A stretch of 61,493 nucleotides of DNA, counting the filler. It is 6 parts of 6 records of this genome, joined end to end, with 100 filler letters (N's around TTAATTAATTAA, not from the genome) between each part and the next. Parts side by side here need not be neighbours in the genome. Positions count along the whole stretch, not along the records: positions 29,830 to 44,372 come from SRR31156797_9065; 5 more parts are not named here. The stretch is one strand, 5' to 3'. Below, one piece after another: positions 29,830 to 39,087 of the stretch. Made by a program: the position numbers and the translations under genes. The notes beneath the pieces were generated by a model, which was not told the origin of the DNA, did no database searches, and worked only from the letters and a program-made list of their open reading frames with translations. Positions within the stretch are counted from its first letter, which is position 1; each line of letters begins with the position of its first letter.

Positions 29830-32205
29830 CTCGAAGTTATATCCTTCCCAAGGCATAAAGCCAATAAGGATATTTCTGCCTAATGCCAGCTCACCTTTTT
29901 CTGTTGATGGACCGTCGGCTATAATATCGCCTTTATTTACCTTTTGTCCCTGTTCAACTCTTGGATGCTGGTTAATGCATGTTCCTTGGTTGCTTCTTGT
30001 GAATTTGTGGAGCGGATATTTATGTCTCTGTCCATCTTCATCCTTGATAACAATTTCATTTGCTGAAACTCTGTGTACCACCCCGCTATGCTTTGACACC
30101 CCGATTACCCCGGAGTCATAAGCTGTCTTGCCCTCCATACCTGTACCGATATAAGGTGCTTCAGGTATCAACAAAGGAACTGCCTGGCGCTGCATGTTTG
30201 ATCCCATCAGTGCACGAGATGCGTCGTCGTTCTCTAAGAATGGAATCATAGCAGTAGCAACTGAAACAACCTGACGAGGTGATACGTCCATGAAGTCTAC
30301 CAATGAAGAACGAGTTTCCATTATCTTACCTCGTACACGAGCAGCAATATGGTCATTTGCAAATCTGCCTTCTCCGTCAGTTGGTTCATTCGCCTGAGCT
30401 ATAATATATTTATCTTCAACGTCTGCTGTCATATAGACAACTTCGTCTGTAATGATACCTGTTTCTTTGTTCACCTTTCGGTATGGAGATTCAATAAATC
30501 CATATTTATTGATACGAGAAAATATCGCCAGTGAACCAATCAGACCGATGTTTGGTCCTTCAGGCGTTTCAACTGGGCACATACGTCCATAGTGAGATGA
30601 GTGAACATCACGAACATCCAATGTAGCACGATCACGGTTTAGTCCCCCTGGACCAAGTGCTGACAGACGACGTTTATTTGTTAACTCTGCCAAAGGATTT
30701 GTCTGGTCCATAAAGTGTGATAACTGAGATGACCCGAAGAATTCCTTAATAGCTGCTGTAACAGGACGGATATTAATAAGCATCTGTGGTGTTACAGTTT
30801 CTATGTCCTGAGTTGCCATTCTTTCACGAACAACTCTCTCCAATCTAGTTAATCCGATACGCAGCTGATTCTGAAGCAATTCGCCTACACTTCTGATACG
30901 GCGGTTACCCAGATGATCAATATCGTCAGTATATCCAATACCATGGAACAATCCCATATAATAGCTGAATGAAGCTAATATATCATCTGCATGAATATGA
31001 CGAGGAATCAGTACGTTTACATTTTCCTTGATTTCTGCTGCTAATTCCTTTGTCTTGCCTTCATATTCTTCCAGCATTTCCTTTAGTGTAGGATAGTGGA
31101 CATTTTCTATTAATCCCAGCTCCTCAGCATTAAGACCTAATGGCTCAAGATAAACAGCGGGGTCAACAAATCTGTTACCCAGCACTTTAACTGTTGCAGT
31201 CTCCATCTGTATTGCTACTGACTGAATACCAGCATTCTCTATTTGTTTTGCAATATCGCTGAAGATTTTTTCACCCTTTTTCACAAGGATTTCGCCTGTA
31301 TCTTCATTTACAACATCTTCAGCTGCTGTACGCCCTGCTATTCTGTTTGCAATAGATAGTTTGAAATTAAATTTATATCTTCCTACTCTTGCAAGGTCAT
31401 AGCGTCTGTCATCAAAAAACAAGGATCTGATTAATGATGATGCAGATTCTACTGTAGGCGGCTCGCCTGGACGCAGTCTCTTGTATATCTCTACTAAGCC
31501 CTGCTCCTGAGTTTTGGCACTGTCTTTTGCAAGTGTTGCAAGCATTCTCTCATCTTCACCCATAGCTTCTGTAATCTGAGCATCAGTACCTAGCCCAAGT
31601 GCTCTCAGGATAACAGTTGCAGGCTGCTTTCTGGTACGGTCAACCCTGATCCAGATAACATTATTGGAATCACTCTCAAACTCCAGCCATGCTCCTCTAT
31701 TAGGGATAACCGTTGATGTGAACAGCGGATTACCATTTTTATCAATACCGCTGCCAAAGATTACACCCGGTGAACGTACCAATTGGCTGACGATAACACG
31801 TTCTGCACCATTGATAATAAACGTACCCGTTTCAGTCATTAATGGAAATTCACCCATAAAGACTTCTGATTCCTTGATTTCGCCTGTCTCTCTGTTTATC
31901 AGACGAACCTTCATACGAAGAGGGGCAGAATAGGTAACATCTCTTTCTTTGCATTCTGATACGCTGTATTTGGGTTCTTTGTCGATTTTGTAATCCACTA
32001 ATTCTAGTGTTAACGTGTCCGTGTAGTCGCTGATAGGTGAAATATCTTTCAGAACTTCTCTCAAACCACTTTCCAAGAACTGCTTGTACGACTTCTTCTG
32101 AATGTCGATCAAGTCAGGCATATCGATGACTTCGTTGATAGTTGAAAAAGACATTCTCGTTCTCTGTCCAGATGGTACTTCATGAACTTGAACCTTATGC
32201 TGCAT
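29830..32205 (-). CDS. rpoB: RNA polymerase beta subunit, 3' truncated
   Basis: [59 protein letters not shown] and WEGYNFE; start MQHK after AAAGGGTGTGA. Confidence 0.99.
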
Positions 32206-32450
32206 TAATATGTCACACCCTTTTTTAAAAAAATTGTTGAATCCTAAGTGATAATGAGTTATTATACTAATAGCCAAATGAGCAGTTAACACCTTAAAAC
32301 CAGCTGAGAAAGGCAAATAATGCCACTACAGTCTGATAAGTGAAAGTATGATTTCTTTCGACAAAAATCGTATTCCAGTCACATGCCAAAAAGGCATAAA
32401 AATCCCTACCCGAGAACCATCTCGGGATGAATTAAATGTCTTCTTTTAAT

Positions 32451-32478
32451 ATTATAACGCAATTATAGATTATATCAA
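32451..32478 (-). promoter_or_regulatory. Probable rpoB promoter
   Basis: Minus strand TTGATA-16-TATAAT about 245 nt upstream of the start. Confidence 0.5.
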
Positions 32479-32670
32479 AGTATCTATCTTAGGTCAAGTA
32501 TTATTTGCTTGTTATTTAACAAATAAATTAACATTTTTTGTAGTACTATTTCTTTATAAATCACACTTATTAAATTAAATATACAAACATCACAAGAGAT
32601 TTTGTGGTAATTGATGTAGCATTGCTGTATAATCTGTGGTAAAATACAGTATATAAAGGAATAATAAGGA

Positions 32671-33987
32671 ATGAATAAAACAATTAATGCAATTTTAATA
32701 GTTATTACCAGTCTTATGCTCGCAGCTGCTGGTTCCATTACTTATATGAAGTACAATGATTTCCAAGCATCGCAAAATAAACTGCAGAACATTGATTGCG
32801 AAAAGCTCTCCTCGTTAGCAGAGAAACACGAAAGCTATATAAATCAGGCGCAAAAATATTACAGGCAGGCTCTTAGTGAAAACTTAGATGAGGAAGAATA
32901 TGCCCATAAATATATGCTGGGAGATATTGCCTTTATCAGCTTTACTGATACGTGGGATGAATCAATGCTTGAGGAACTCTCAAACGAACTTCTGAAAAAT
33001 AAACACGGCGAAGAGCTGAATTATTTGTCTCAGGTTCAGGTATATGGAGAAGAGGGTGACCGGTACTTAGGCTATCAGGAAACAACTAAACAGAGCTATC
33101 AAATTCCCTTATCCTTCTATGATCTGCTGCCGCATGACAGCTTATTTACAGTCAATTCCAACCTATCAATACTTGCACTAATGGATGGTGACGAGATTAC
33201 AACCATTGAAGATATGGCTCATGTTTTAAGTCATGAATACGGACATCATTTCACTGAGTATCATTTCGGCTTAACATATACAGATTATGATAAAAATACT
33301 CGTTACTATCGCTTAAGAGGAGAAGGATACGATGATATCCGCTTCAATTTGTCAGATAGTGTAACAGAATATTATGACAATCACATGTGGTATTTATTCG
33401 AGATTGGTGCAGAGGATTATGCATATCTTATGGGATCTGATACAGGCAAGCAGATTGTTGAATTCTACGATACATATGATAAATTGAATGCATACTCAAC
33501 CAGCGAAAGTAGATTTAACAGAATCGATTATTCATATGTGCCTAGCTTAAACGGTACACCTCATGAAAATACTGTACTTCCCATGCCTTCACAAGTTCCC
33601 GGCTTAGCAGAATATTTCTATAGCTTTATAGATGAGGATACGCCTGAATATCTTCATACAGAATCCATAGGTGATTTAAACCTTACAGTTGAAAAGCCAT
33701 CAAAAAATCACTACAAAATTACATGGGATAAGCCCTACACTGATGAAGATGTAATATATACGTTGCTGGTATGTGACGAGACTGAGAGAATATGGTTTAT
33801 AGAAAAGAGTGTCTGGGGTAACGAAACTGCAAAAGCAAATATGGGCAGCTTCGAAGTCACAAAAGGTAATTGGATTTATTCATTAAGAACAGGGGTTAAA
33901 AAGGGTACAAAACTCTATTTGAAGGTCAGCATTACTTTCCCGGACGGAAGTGTTTTAGTTTCAGATTCTACTGAATTAATATATTAA
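32671..33987 (+). CDS. Membrane-anchored protein with an HExxH zinc-metallopeptidase motif
   Basis: N-terminal TM; HVLSHEYGHH and a downstream EIGAEDY; beta-rich C-terminus. Confidence 0.65.
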   Translation: MNKTINAILIVITSLMLAAAGSITYMKYNDFQASQNKLQNIDCEKLSSLAEKHESYINQAQKYYRQALSENLDEEEYAHKYMLGDIAFISFTDTWDESMLEELSNELLKNKHGEELNYLSQVQVYGEEGDRYLGYQETTKQSYQIPLSFYDLLPHDSLFTVNSNLSILALMDGDEITTIEDMAHVLSHEYGHHFTEYHFGLTYTDYDKNTRYYRLRGEGYDDIRFNLSDSVTEYYDNHMWYLFEIGAEDYAYLMGSDTGKQIVEFYDTYDKLNAYSTSESRFNRIDYSYVPSLNGTPHENTVLPMPSQVPGLAEYFYSFIDEDTPEYLHTESIGDLNLTVEKPSKNHYKITWDKPYTDEDVIYTLLVCDETERIWFIEKSVWGNETAKANMGSFEVTKGNWIYSLRTGVKKGTKLYLKVSITFPDGSVLVSDSTELIY

Positions 33988-34002
33988 TATAATGAGGTAT
34001 CA

Positions 34003-34842
34003 ATGAAAGATTTAAAAAAATATTTTATACTATTTATAATACTTACTTTTGTTTTTATTTTTTCAGGGTGTGCCGATATAGATATCCGCTGCAGAATAAC
34101 CCCTAATAATATAGTTATAGTAAAATATATAGCAAATATAGACACTACGAAGCTATCTCTTGAAAACAATACACAGCTATGCAGCGATTTAAAGGAAATT
34201 CGCAGTTACTGGAAAAGTTTGGGTTATGAGGATGTTGAAATAGACCTATCAAACCCACTGTACAATATTAGCATAACTTTAACAATGGAAGAAGAATGTC
34301 AATCCAGAGAAGAAGCATTTGATACTCTATATCAAATTATGACTAACGAATTAAGCGTATTTGACGAAATTGAGTATAATTACATCAATACTTACCACTC
34401 TGAAGGCTACTCAATCAGTGGAAAAATTGATATCTCAGAGTTTTTGGACAAAGAAGAAATTGAGCGTATATATCCATCACACGTATTAACAGATTTGGAT
34501 AAGGATATTGCTGATTCTACTTTCAAACTGTGTTTCTCCCTTCCTGTTAATTCAGGAGCAAACAGTGATTCAATAAAGAATGAAATCTATTCGCAGTATC
34601 TATCATTTTATGATACTAATGAATTTAATGTTTCTGGTGTTATCATTAACTCTGAGAATACAGTGAATGAAGCAGCAGCCATTGCTAATAGTATAGATAA
34701 TTTCAAACGCTTAATGATATTATGCGGAATTTTTATAATTCTGCTTTTTATACTTCTAGTTTTAGTAGGACGAAGAATACGCTTCAATAAAAAATTAAAA
34801 AAGGATAAAGCTAATACACAAACAGACGATAGTTCTTTATAA
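34003..34842 (+). CDS. Putative lipoprotein with a C-terminal TM anchor
   Basis: Lipobox FSGC; C-terminal hydrophobic helix plus a basic tail. Confidence 0.65.
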   Translation: MKDLKKYFILFIILTFVFIFSGCADIDIRCRITPNNIVIVKYIANIDTTKLSLENNTQLCSDLKEIRSYWKSLGYEDVEIDLSNPLYNISITLTMEEECQSREEAFDTLYQIMTNELSVFDEIEYNYINTYHSEGYSISGKIDISEFLDKEEIERIYPSHVLTDLDKDIADSTFKLCFSLPVNSGANSDSIKNEIYSQYLSFYDTNEFNVSGVIINSENTVNEAAAIANSIDNFKRLMILCGIFIILLFILLVLVGRRIRFNKKLKKDKANTQTDDSSL

Positions 34843-34872
34843 TAGTACATCTGAGCATTCTATTTAATTATT

Positions 34873-34897
34873 AGGACAGTTTATCTGTCCTTTTATT
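34873..34897 (+). terminator. Intrinsic terminator
   Basis: aggacag-tttat-ctgtcct-tttatt. Confidence 0.65.
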
Positions 34898-34995
34898 ATA
34901 CCAATTTATCCAACAAAAATAATACACGAACACATCTTCCATTATATTGTATTTACTCTGCAATGAAAATACTTTTTATTTTTCAGAAATTATAC

Positions 34996-35024
34996 TTGAC
35001 AATCAGCACTATTGTTCGTATAAT
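34996..35024 (+). promoter_or_regulatory. Consensus sigma-A promoter with a LexA/DinR-type box in its spacer
   Basis: TTGACA-17-TATAAT; AGCAC-tatt-GTTCG at 35005-35018; further GAAC-N4-GTTC-like boxes at 34927, 35039, 35091 and 35177. Confidence 0.75.
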
Positions 35025-35030
35025 AGAGCC

Positions 35031-35560
35031 ATAGCTGCCAAACACTTATTCGAATTAGCTATACAAATTTTATTTATAAGAGAATACTGGTGAACCAATT
35101 TTCTGTGTCATATTTCTTAGCTACACTCATAACCTACCTCCTGTCCCCTCAACAGTTGGTAATACAGCTAAAGAAAACAACAAACGTTCTGATTCAAACC
35201 ACTTTCTCCTAAAATAAGATTTAACTTTATAATGACGAATCGCCTGCAACAGCACTTAGCAGTCGAAAAGCTGGATGCGTCTCTCCCATTCGCGTCTATA
35301 AAAGCCTCGGATATTTTGATGAACCTTCCTGGTCAACACTCCCTCGACAAAGAAAGTTCATTCATAGACGAGGCATTCGTCAACTTTATAGGTATGTAGT
35401 TAAATTTCAACTCTTAACGTACTGCATACCAAATAAAGATTATTAGAAGTAATTTTTTGTTACTTTTAATATATATCAGGCTGCATTTTCGCATTTCTCA
35501 ACCAGCTCAAAAGTCATTACTTCACACCCTTTTGACTTTTGAAACTGAAATATTTCAGTC
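35031..35560 (+). ncRNA. Candidate multi-hairpin structured RNA or leader with C/U-rich loops
   Basis: At least six stems (e.g. 35113/35176, 35233/35382, 35273/35297, 35318/35362, 35391/35430, 35507/35542); G-U pairs favour the + strand. Confidence 0.5.
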
Positions 35561-35576
35561 AGAAAGGGGGTGCTGT

Positions 35577-35834
35577 ATGAAAACAGTTATGATGCCGGTG
35601 GAAACCATATGCCATTTCGACACCGAAGGAAGGATAACTCCATATAGATTCAGATATTTCAAAGACGGTCAGACAATAGTAACTATCGACGGTATAGTAA
35701 GCAGAGATGTAAACACATTTGCAGGAAATCCTATATATATATTTCAATGCATTACCCACAAGGAAGACAAAGAAATACCTTTTGAGCTTAAATATGAAGG
35801 AAGAAGAAATAAATGGTACCTTTCAAAAATATAA
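35577..35834 (+). CDS. Small conserved clostridial protein of a family I recall as often adjacent to Y-family DNA polymerase genes
   Basis: SD agaaaggggg; MKTVMMPVETICHF..EG..TPYRFR...AGN...FQC...ELKYE...KWYL.KI pattern. Confidence 0.7.
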   Translation: MKTVMMPVETICHFDTEGRITPYRFRYFKDGQTIVTIDGIVSRDVNTFAGNPIYIFQCITHKEDKEIPFELKYEGRRNKWYLSKI

Positions 35835-36056
35835 ACAAACAATACAGTTGAACTACATAAATTCAACTGTATTTTTTTATATTTATTTATCAGTCATATA
35901 TTATAATAAAGCATAAAACCACTAGACTCTAGATATAACTTAATGTTTTAGACATAATAATGTATTCTTGAGAATAGAAATGTTGACAAAGTGTATCATG
36001 GCAGTATACTAATTGTATAAGATTAATTTACGACTATATAAAAAGGGGACAACATT

Positions 36057-36461
36057 ATGTATTGTAAAAATTGTGGTAATATGATGGACGAAAACGCCTA
36101 TGTCTGCACCAATTGCGGATATAAAAAATATACAGGATTCGACTACTGTAGCAATTGCGGCGAAAAAGTACCTCCGGGAGCAGCTGCCTGTACAAACTGT
36201 GGTTATGCAACTAACTATAGCCCATCTGGTATTGGGAAATCAAGAATACTGGTAGGTCTTATGGGTATCTTTTTTGGCACCTTAGGAGTACATAATTTTA
36301 TATTAGGCTACACAAGCAAAGCAATCGCTCAGCTTTTAATATCGGTATTGACCTGCGGTATAGGTGCTGTATTTATTGAGATATGGGCATTAATAGAGTC
36401 AATTAACATCCTAGCAGGCAATGTCAACGTAGATGCACACGGCGTACCATTGACAGATTAA
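36057..36461 (+). CDS. Zinc-ribbon plus TM2 domain protein
   Basis: Four CxNCG motifs; KSRILVGLMGIFFGTLGVHNFILGY TM2 signature. Confidence 0.85.
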   Translation: MYCKNCGNMMDENAYVCTNCGYKKYTGFDYCSNCGEKVPPGAAACTNCGYATNYSPSGIGKSRILVGLMGIFFGTLGVHNFILGYTSKAIAQLLISVLTCGIGAVFIEIWALIESINILAGNVNVDAHGVPLTD

Positions 36462-36525
36462 ATTGAATTTTAAGAACAATTAGTATACTATAATATAGAA
36501 AATTAGAAAATATAAGGGGTATATT

Positions 36526-37218
36526 ATGGAAGCAAGACAAGAAATAATAAAAAGCAATGCCAAAGATAATAAAATACACAAAGCCGAGAAACAGTTAATC
36601 GGAATAATGGTACTGATAATAAGTATAAGCACTATAATATTTTTAGTACACACTATAATTGAAGCTAGCATGAACTACAATTCCAAACAGGCACATATAT
36701 TAAGCTATTTCACTATACAATCCAATATTATTGTAGCTGTTTGGCTATTAGCTTTATCAATATATGTATTAAGCAAGAAAAAAGTTATGAAATGGAGTGT
36801 TCACCCAAATCTATCTGCTGGAATTACTACTTACATTCTGGTAACCGGGATTATTTATTGGGTAGTATTAGTCCCTATTAATTTCAAGTCTGCAGACAAC
36901 AGTTGGCTTTTCTCTTCATCTAATATCTGGCTGCATACAACTACGCCGATAATCTCATTTATGCTTTATAAATACATTAAGCTGATAAACGAAAATAATA
37001 GTACAAGTCTCCGACTTATTTGCTTTTATATTTATCCTATAATGTATATTACAATGGCTATGACATATGCAGCAAACAGTATATACTTATATCCCATGTT
37101 TAATCCAGACCTTTTGAGTGGGTGGATTGGTGTTATTATATGCATTATGGCTATAGTAGCAATTTTTACAGGTATTTATATACTATTGCTTAAATATAGT
37201 CCATCAAAGAATAAATAA
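36526..37218 (+). CDS. Pr6Pr-family membrane protein
   Basis: YFTIQSN, TGIIYW.VL, LHTTTP and YLYPMF. Confidence 0.75.
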   Translation: MEARQEIIKSNAKDNKIHKAEKQLIGIMVLIISISTIIFLVHTIIEASMNYNSKQAHILSYFTIQSNIIVAVWLLALSIYVLSKKKVMKWSVHPNLSAGITTYILVTGIIYWVVLVPINFKSADNSWLFSSSNIWLHTTTPIISFMLYKYIKLINENNSTSLRLICFYIYPIMYITMAMTYAANSIYLYPMFNPDLLSGWIGVIICIMAIVAIFTGIYILLLKYSPSKNK

Positions 37219-37274
37219 GCAAAATTAAACCATCTGATACAATCAGATGGTTTAGCTCTTTGTCTTTCCTTAAT

Positions 37275-37844
37275 CTACTCTTCGTTTCCCTCATCGCCTT
37301 TTCCGTTGATAGTACCTACACCGTTAACAAACCCAAACACCTTACCTTTTACCCTGCCTTTTATATCTCCTCTTACGATACCTGTAATATTTTTTTCAAC
37401 ATCGCCGTATATATCGCCGCCTACATATCCAGACACGTTGCCGTCAACATTGCCTAAAATATCACCATTTACGATACCAGAAATATTACCATATACATTT
37501 CCCTTTATATTACCTTTAACTCTGCCAAGGATATTACCGTTTACGTTGCCTTCAACGTCACCACGGATTTCGCCCTTTATATCTCCAAGGTAATCCCCCT
37601 CAGTAGATCCTTCGTGGACAAATTTTTCATTATACGATTTCTTTACATTGTCAAAAGTATCAGAAATCGCACCTACTACATCCTCTATAACGTCGTCGAT
37701 TTTTTTGCCCTCTGCAGCAGTCTTTGTCGTATCATCACTAACCTTACTGGAAAATCCAAGGTCGTTAATCTGCTGCTGTGCCTCTTCGTAGCTAATCTCG
37801 TCATTCTTAAACTTAGTAAGTATCTCCTGTATTCTATCGTCCAT
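37275..37844 (-). CDS. SHOCT-like N-terminus plus a Gly tetrapeptide-repeat beta-solenoid
   Basis: EILTKFKNDEISYEEA; more than 20 G-x-[VI]-x repeats; SD ggagg. Confidence 0.7.
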   Translation of the reverse strand: MDDRIQEILTKFKNDEISYEEAQQQINDLGFSSKVSDDTTKTAAEGKKIDDVIEDVVGAISDTFDNVKKSYNEKFVHEGSTEGDYLGDIKGEIRGDVEGNVNGNILGRVKGNIKGNVYGNISGIVNGDILGNVDGNVSGYVGGDIYGDVEKNITGIVRGDIKGRVKGKVFGFVNGVGTINGKGDEGNEE

Positions 37845-37861
37845 TTCTATACCTCCAAATA

Positions 37862-38212
37862 TTATTCTTTTACGATTGCTTTTGCTGCTTCTTCAATTGT
37901 TATCTCGTCGTTTTTCAGCATAGTGAGGATATCCTCATTGCTGGCCGTAAAGCCCAATGCCTGCTGAACCCTTCCCAGCCTGTTTTTTACAGTTGGATAT
38001 GACATGTTTAATTCCTTGCCGACTTTTTGAATATTACCAGAACACTTTATAAATGTCAGCACAAAATTCGTCTGTTCATCATCGAGATTTGCAAACGCTC
38101 CTATAGAAAATTTGCCGTCTAACGTAGTATGGCATCCATTGCACTCCAATGTCTTGATGAAATAATTGCCCCCGCATACCGGACACTCCTTTGGAATATT
38201 ATATTTTTTCAT
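37862..38212 (-). CDS. DUF2089-family zinc-ribbon/HTH protein
   Basis: CPVCGG..LECNGC.T...G.F and SGNIQKV.KEL.MSYPTVKNRL. Confidence 0.85.
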   Translation of the reverse strand: MKKYNIPKECPVCGGNYFIKTLECNGCHTTLDGKFSIGAFANLDDEQTNFVLTFIKCSGNIQKVGKELNMSYPTVKNRLGRVQQALGFTASNEDILTMLKNDEITIEEAAKAIVKE

Positions 38213-38391
38213 ACAATTCACACCCTTTATTATTTTCAGTATTATCTTTACTTTACTTACTATATATAATTACGATTTCAATATTATTAATATATTTCGA
38301 ATATTTCCTTAATTATTTTAATAATATCATGCTTTCAGTTCTTTTACAAGTACTTTTACATGAAAATGTAAATATTTATAACAAACATCTA

Positions 38392-38457
38392 TTGACAATG
38401 TAAGCAATATGGACTATAATGCAAGCAACCACTTTCATGCAAGCAATTGCTTGCATG
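38392..38457 (+). promoter_or_regulatory. Promoter with a palindromic operator for the tetR-ABC operon
   Basis: TTGACA-17-TATAAT (38392-38420); perfect 22-bp palindrome catgcaagcaattgcttgcatg (38436-38457); half-sites atgYaagcaa at 38398 and 38419. Confidence 0.8.
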
Positions 38458-38471
38458 CATCAAGGAGTATT

Positions 38472-39041
38472 ATGAATACAAACGAAAAGATTTTGAATGC
38501 AGCTCTGGAATTATTTTCTGATAAAGGCTATTCCGCTACTACAACTAAGAAAATAGCTCAAAAGGCCAAAGTAAATGAAGTAACACTTTTTCGCCACTTT
38601 GAAAATAAGCGAGGAGTATTTGACGCTATAATAACGCAAATGGTAGATAAAGATGAAATCATGCAGTTTTTTACTGATGGAATTAAGAATGACCTGCAAA
38701 AAGATTTGACAAAACTTTCAAAGTTACTCTTTAACCTTTATAAAAATAATGCTTCAATTATTAAAATGATTTTTATGGATGATGAGTTAGAACATACTGA
38801 AAAAAAGTGTACTATGCATTCCGTGCTTCCGATTAAAGATTATATTGAGAAATATATTCAGGATATGTATGATTTAGGCATTATATTAGACAATCCGGAT
38901 AAATGTATGAAGTTTTTCTTCTTCAATGTAGTAGGCTACTTAATGAACGTCCTGGTAATATCAGCTCATAAGTATGACGAAGAGTATTTTGACTGGATGG
39001 TAGAAAAGTCAATATCAGCAATTTCACCAAAACATAGCTGA
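38472..39041 (+). CDS. TetR/AcrR-family regulator
   Basis: ILNAALELFSDKGY..TT..IAQKA.VNEVTLFRHF.NK; SD aaggag. Confidence 0.92.
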   Translation: MNTNEKILNAALELFSDKGYSATTTKKIAQKAKVNEVTLFRHFENKRGVFDAIITQMVDKDEIMQFFTDGIKNDLQKDLTKLSKLLFNLYKNNASIIKMIFMDDELEHTEKKCTMHSVLPIKDYIEKYIQDMYDLGIILDNPDKCMKFFFFNVVGYLMNVLVISAHKYDEEYFDWMVEKSISAISPKHS

Positions 39042-39087
39042 TTATATATATTTAATAACAAGTTTCTATAAATAGAAAGGAATTTTA

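Noticed and set aside
32206-32316. N-terminal extension of the rpoB ORF from the ORF track
   Set aside because: It does not resemble RpoB, and the SD-like sequence supports the start at 32205.
35031-35560. Minus-strand reading as a CsrB-like GGA-loop RNA
   Set aside because: G-U pairs and the promoter favour the + strand, and several loops lack GGA.
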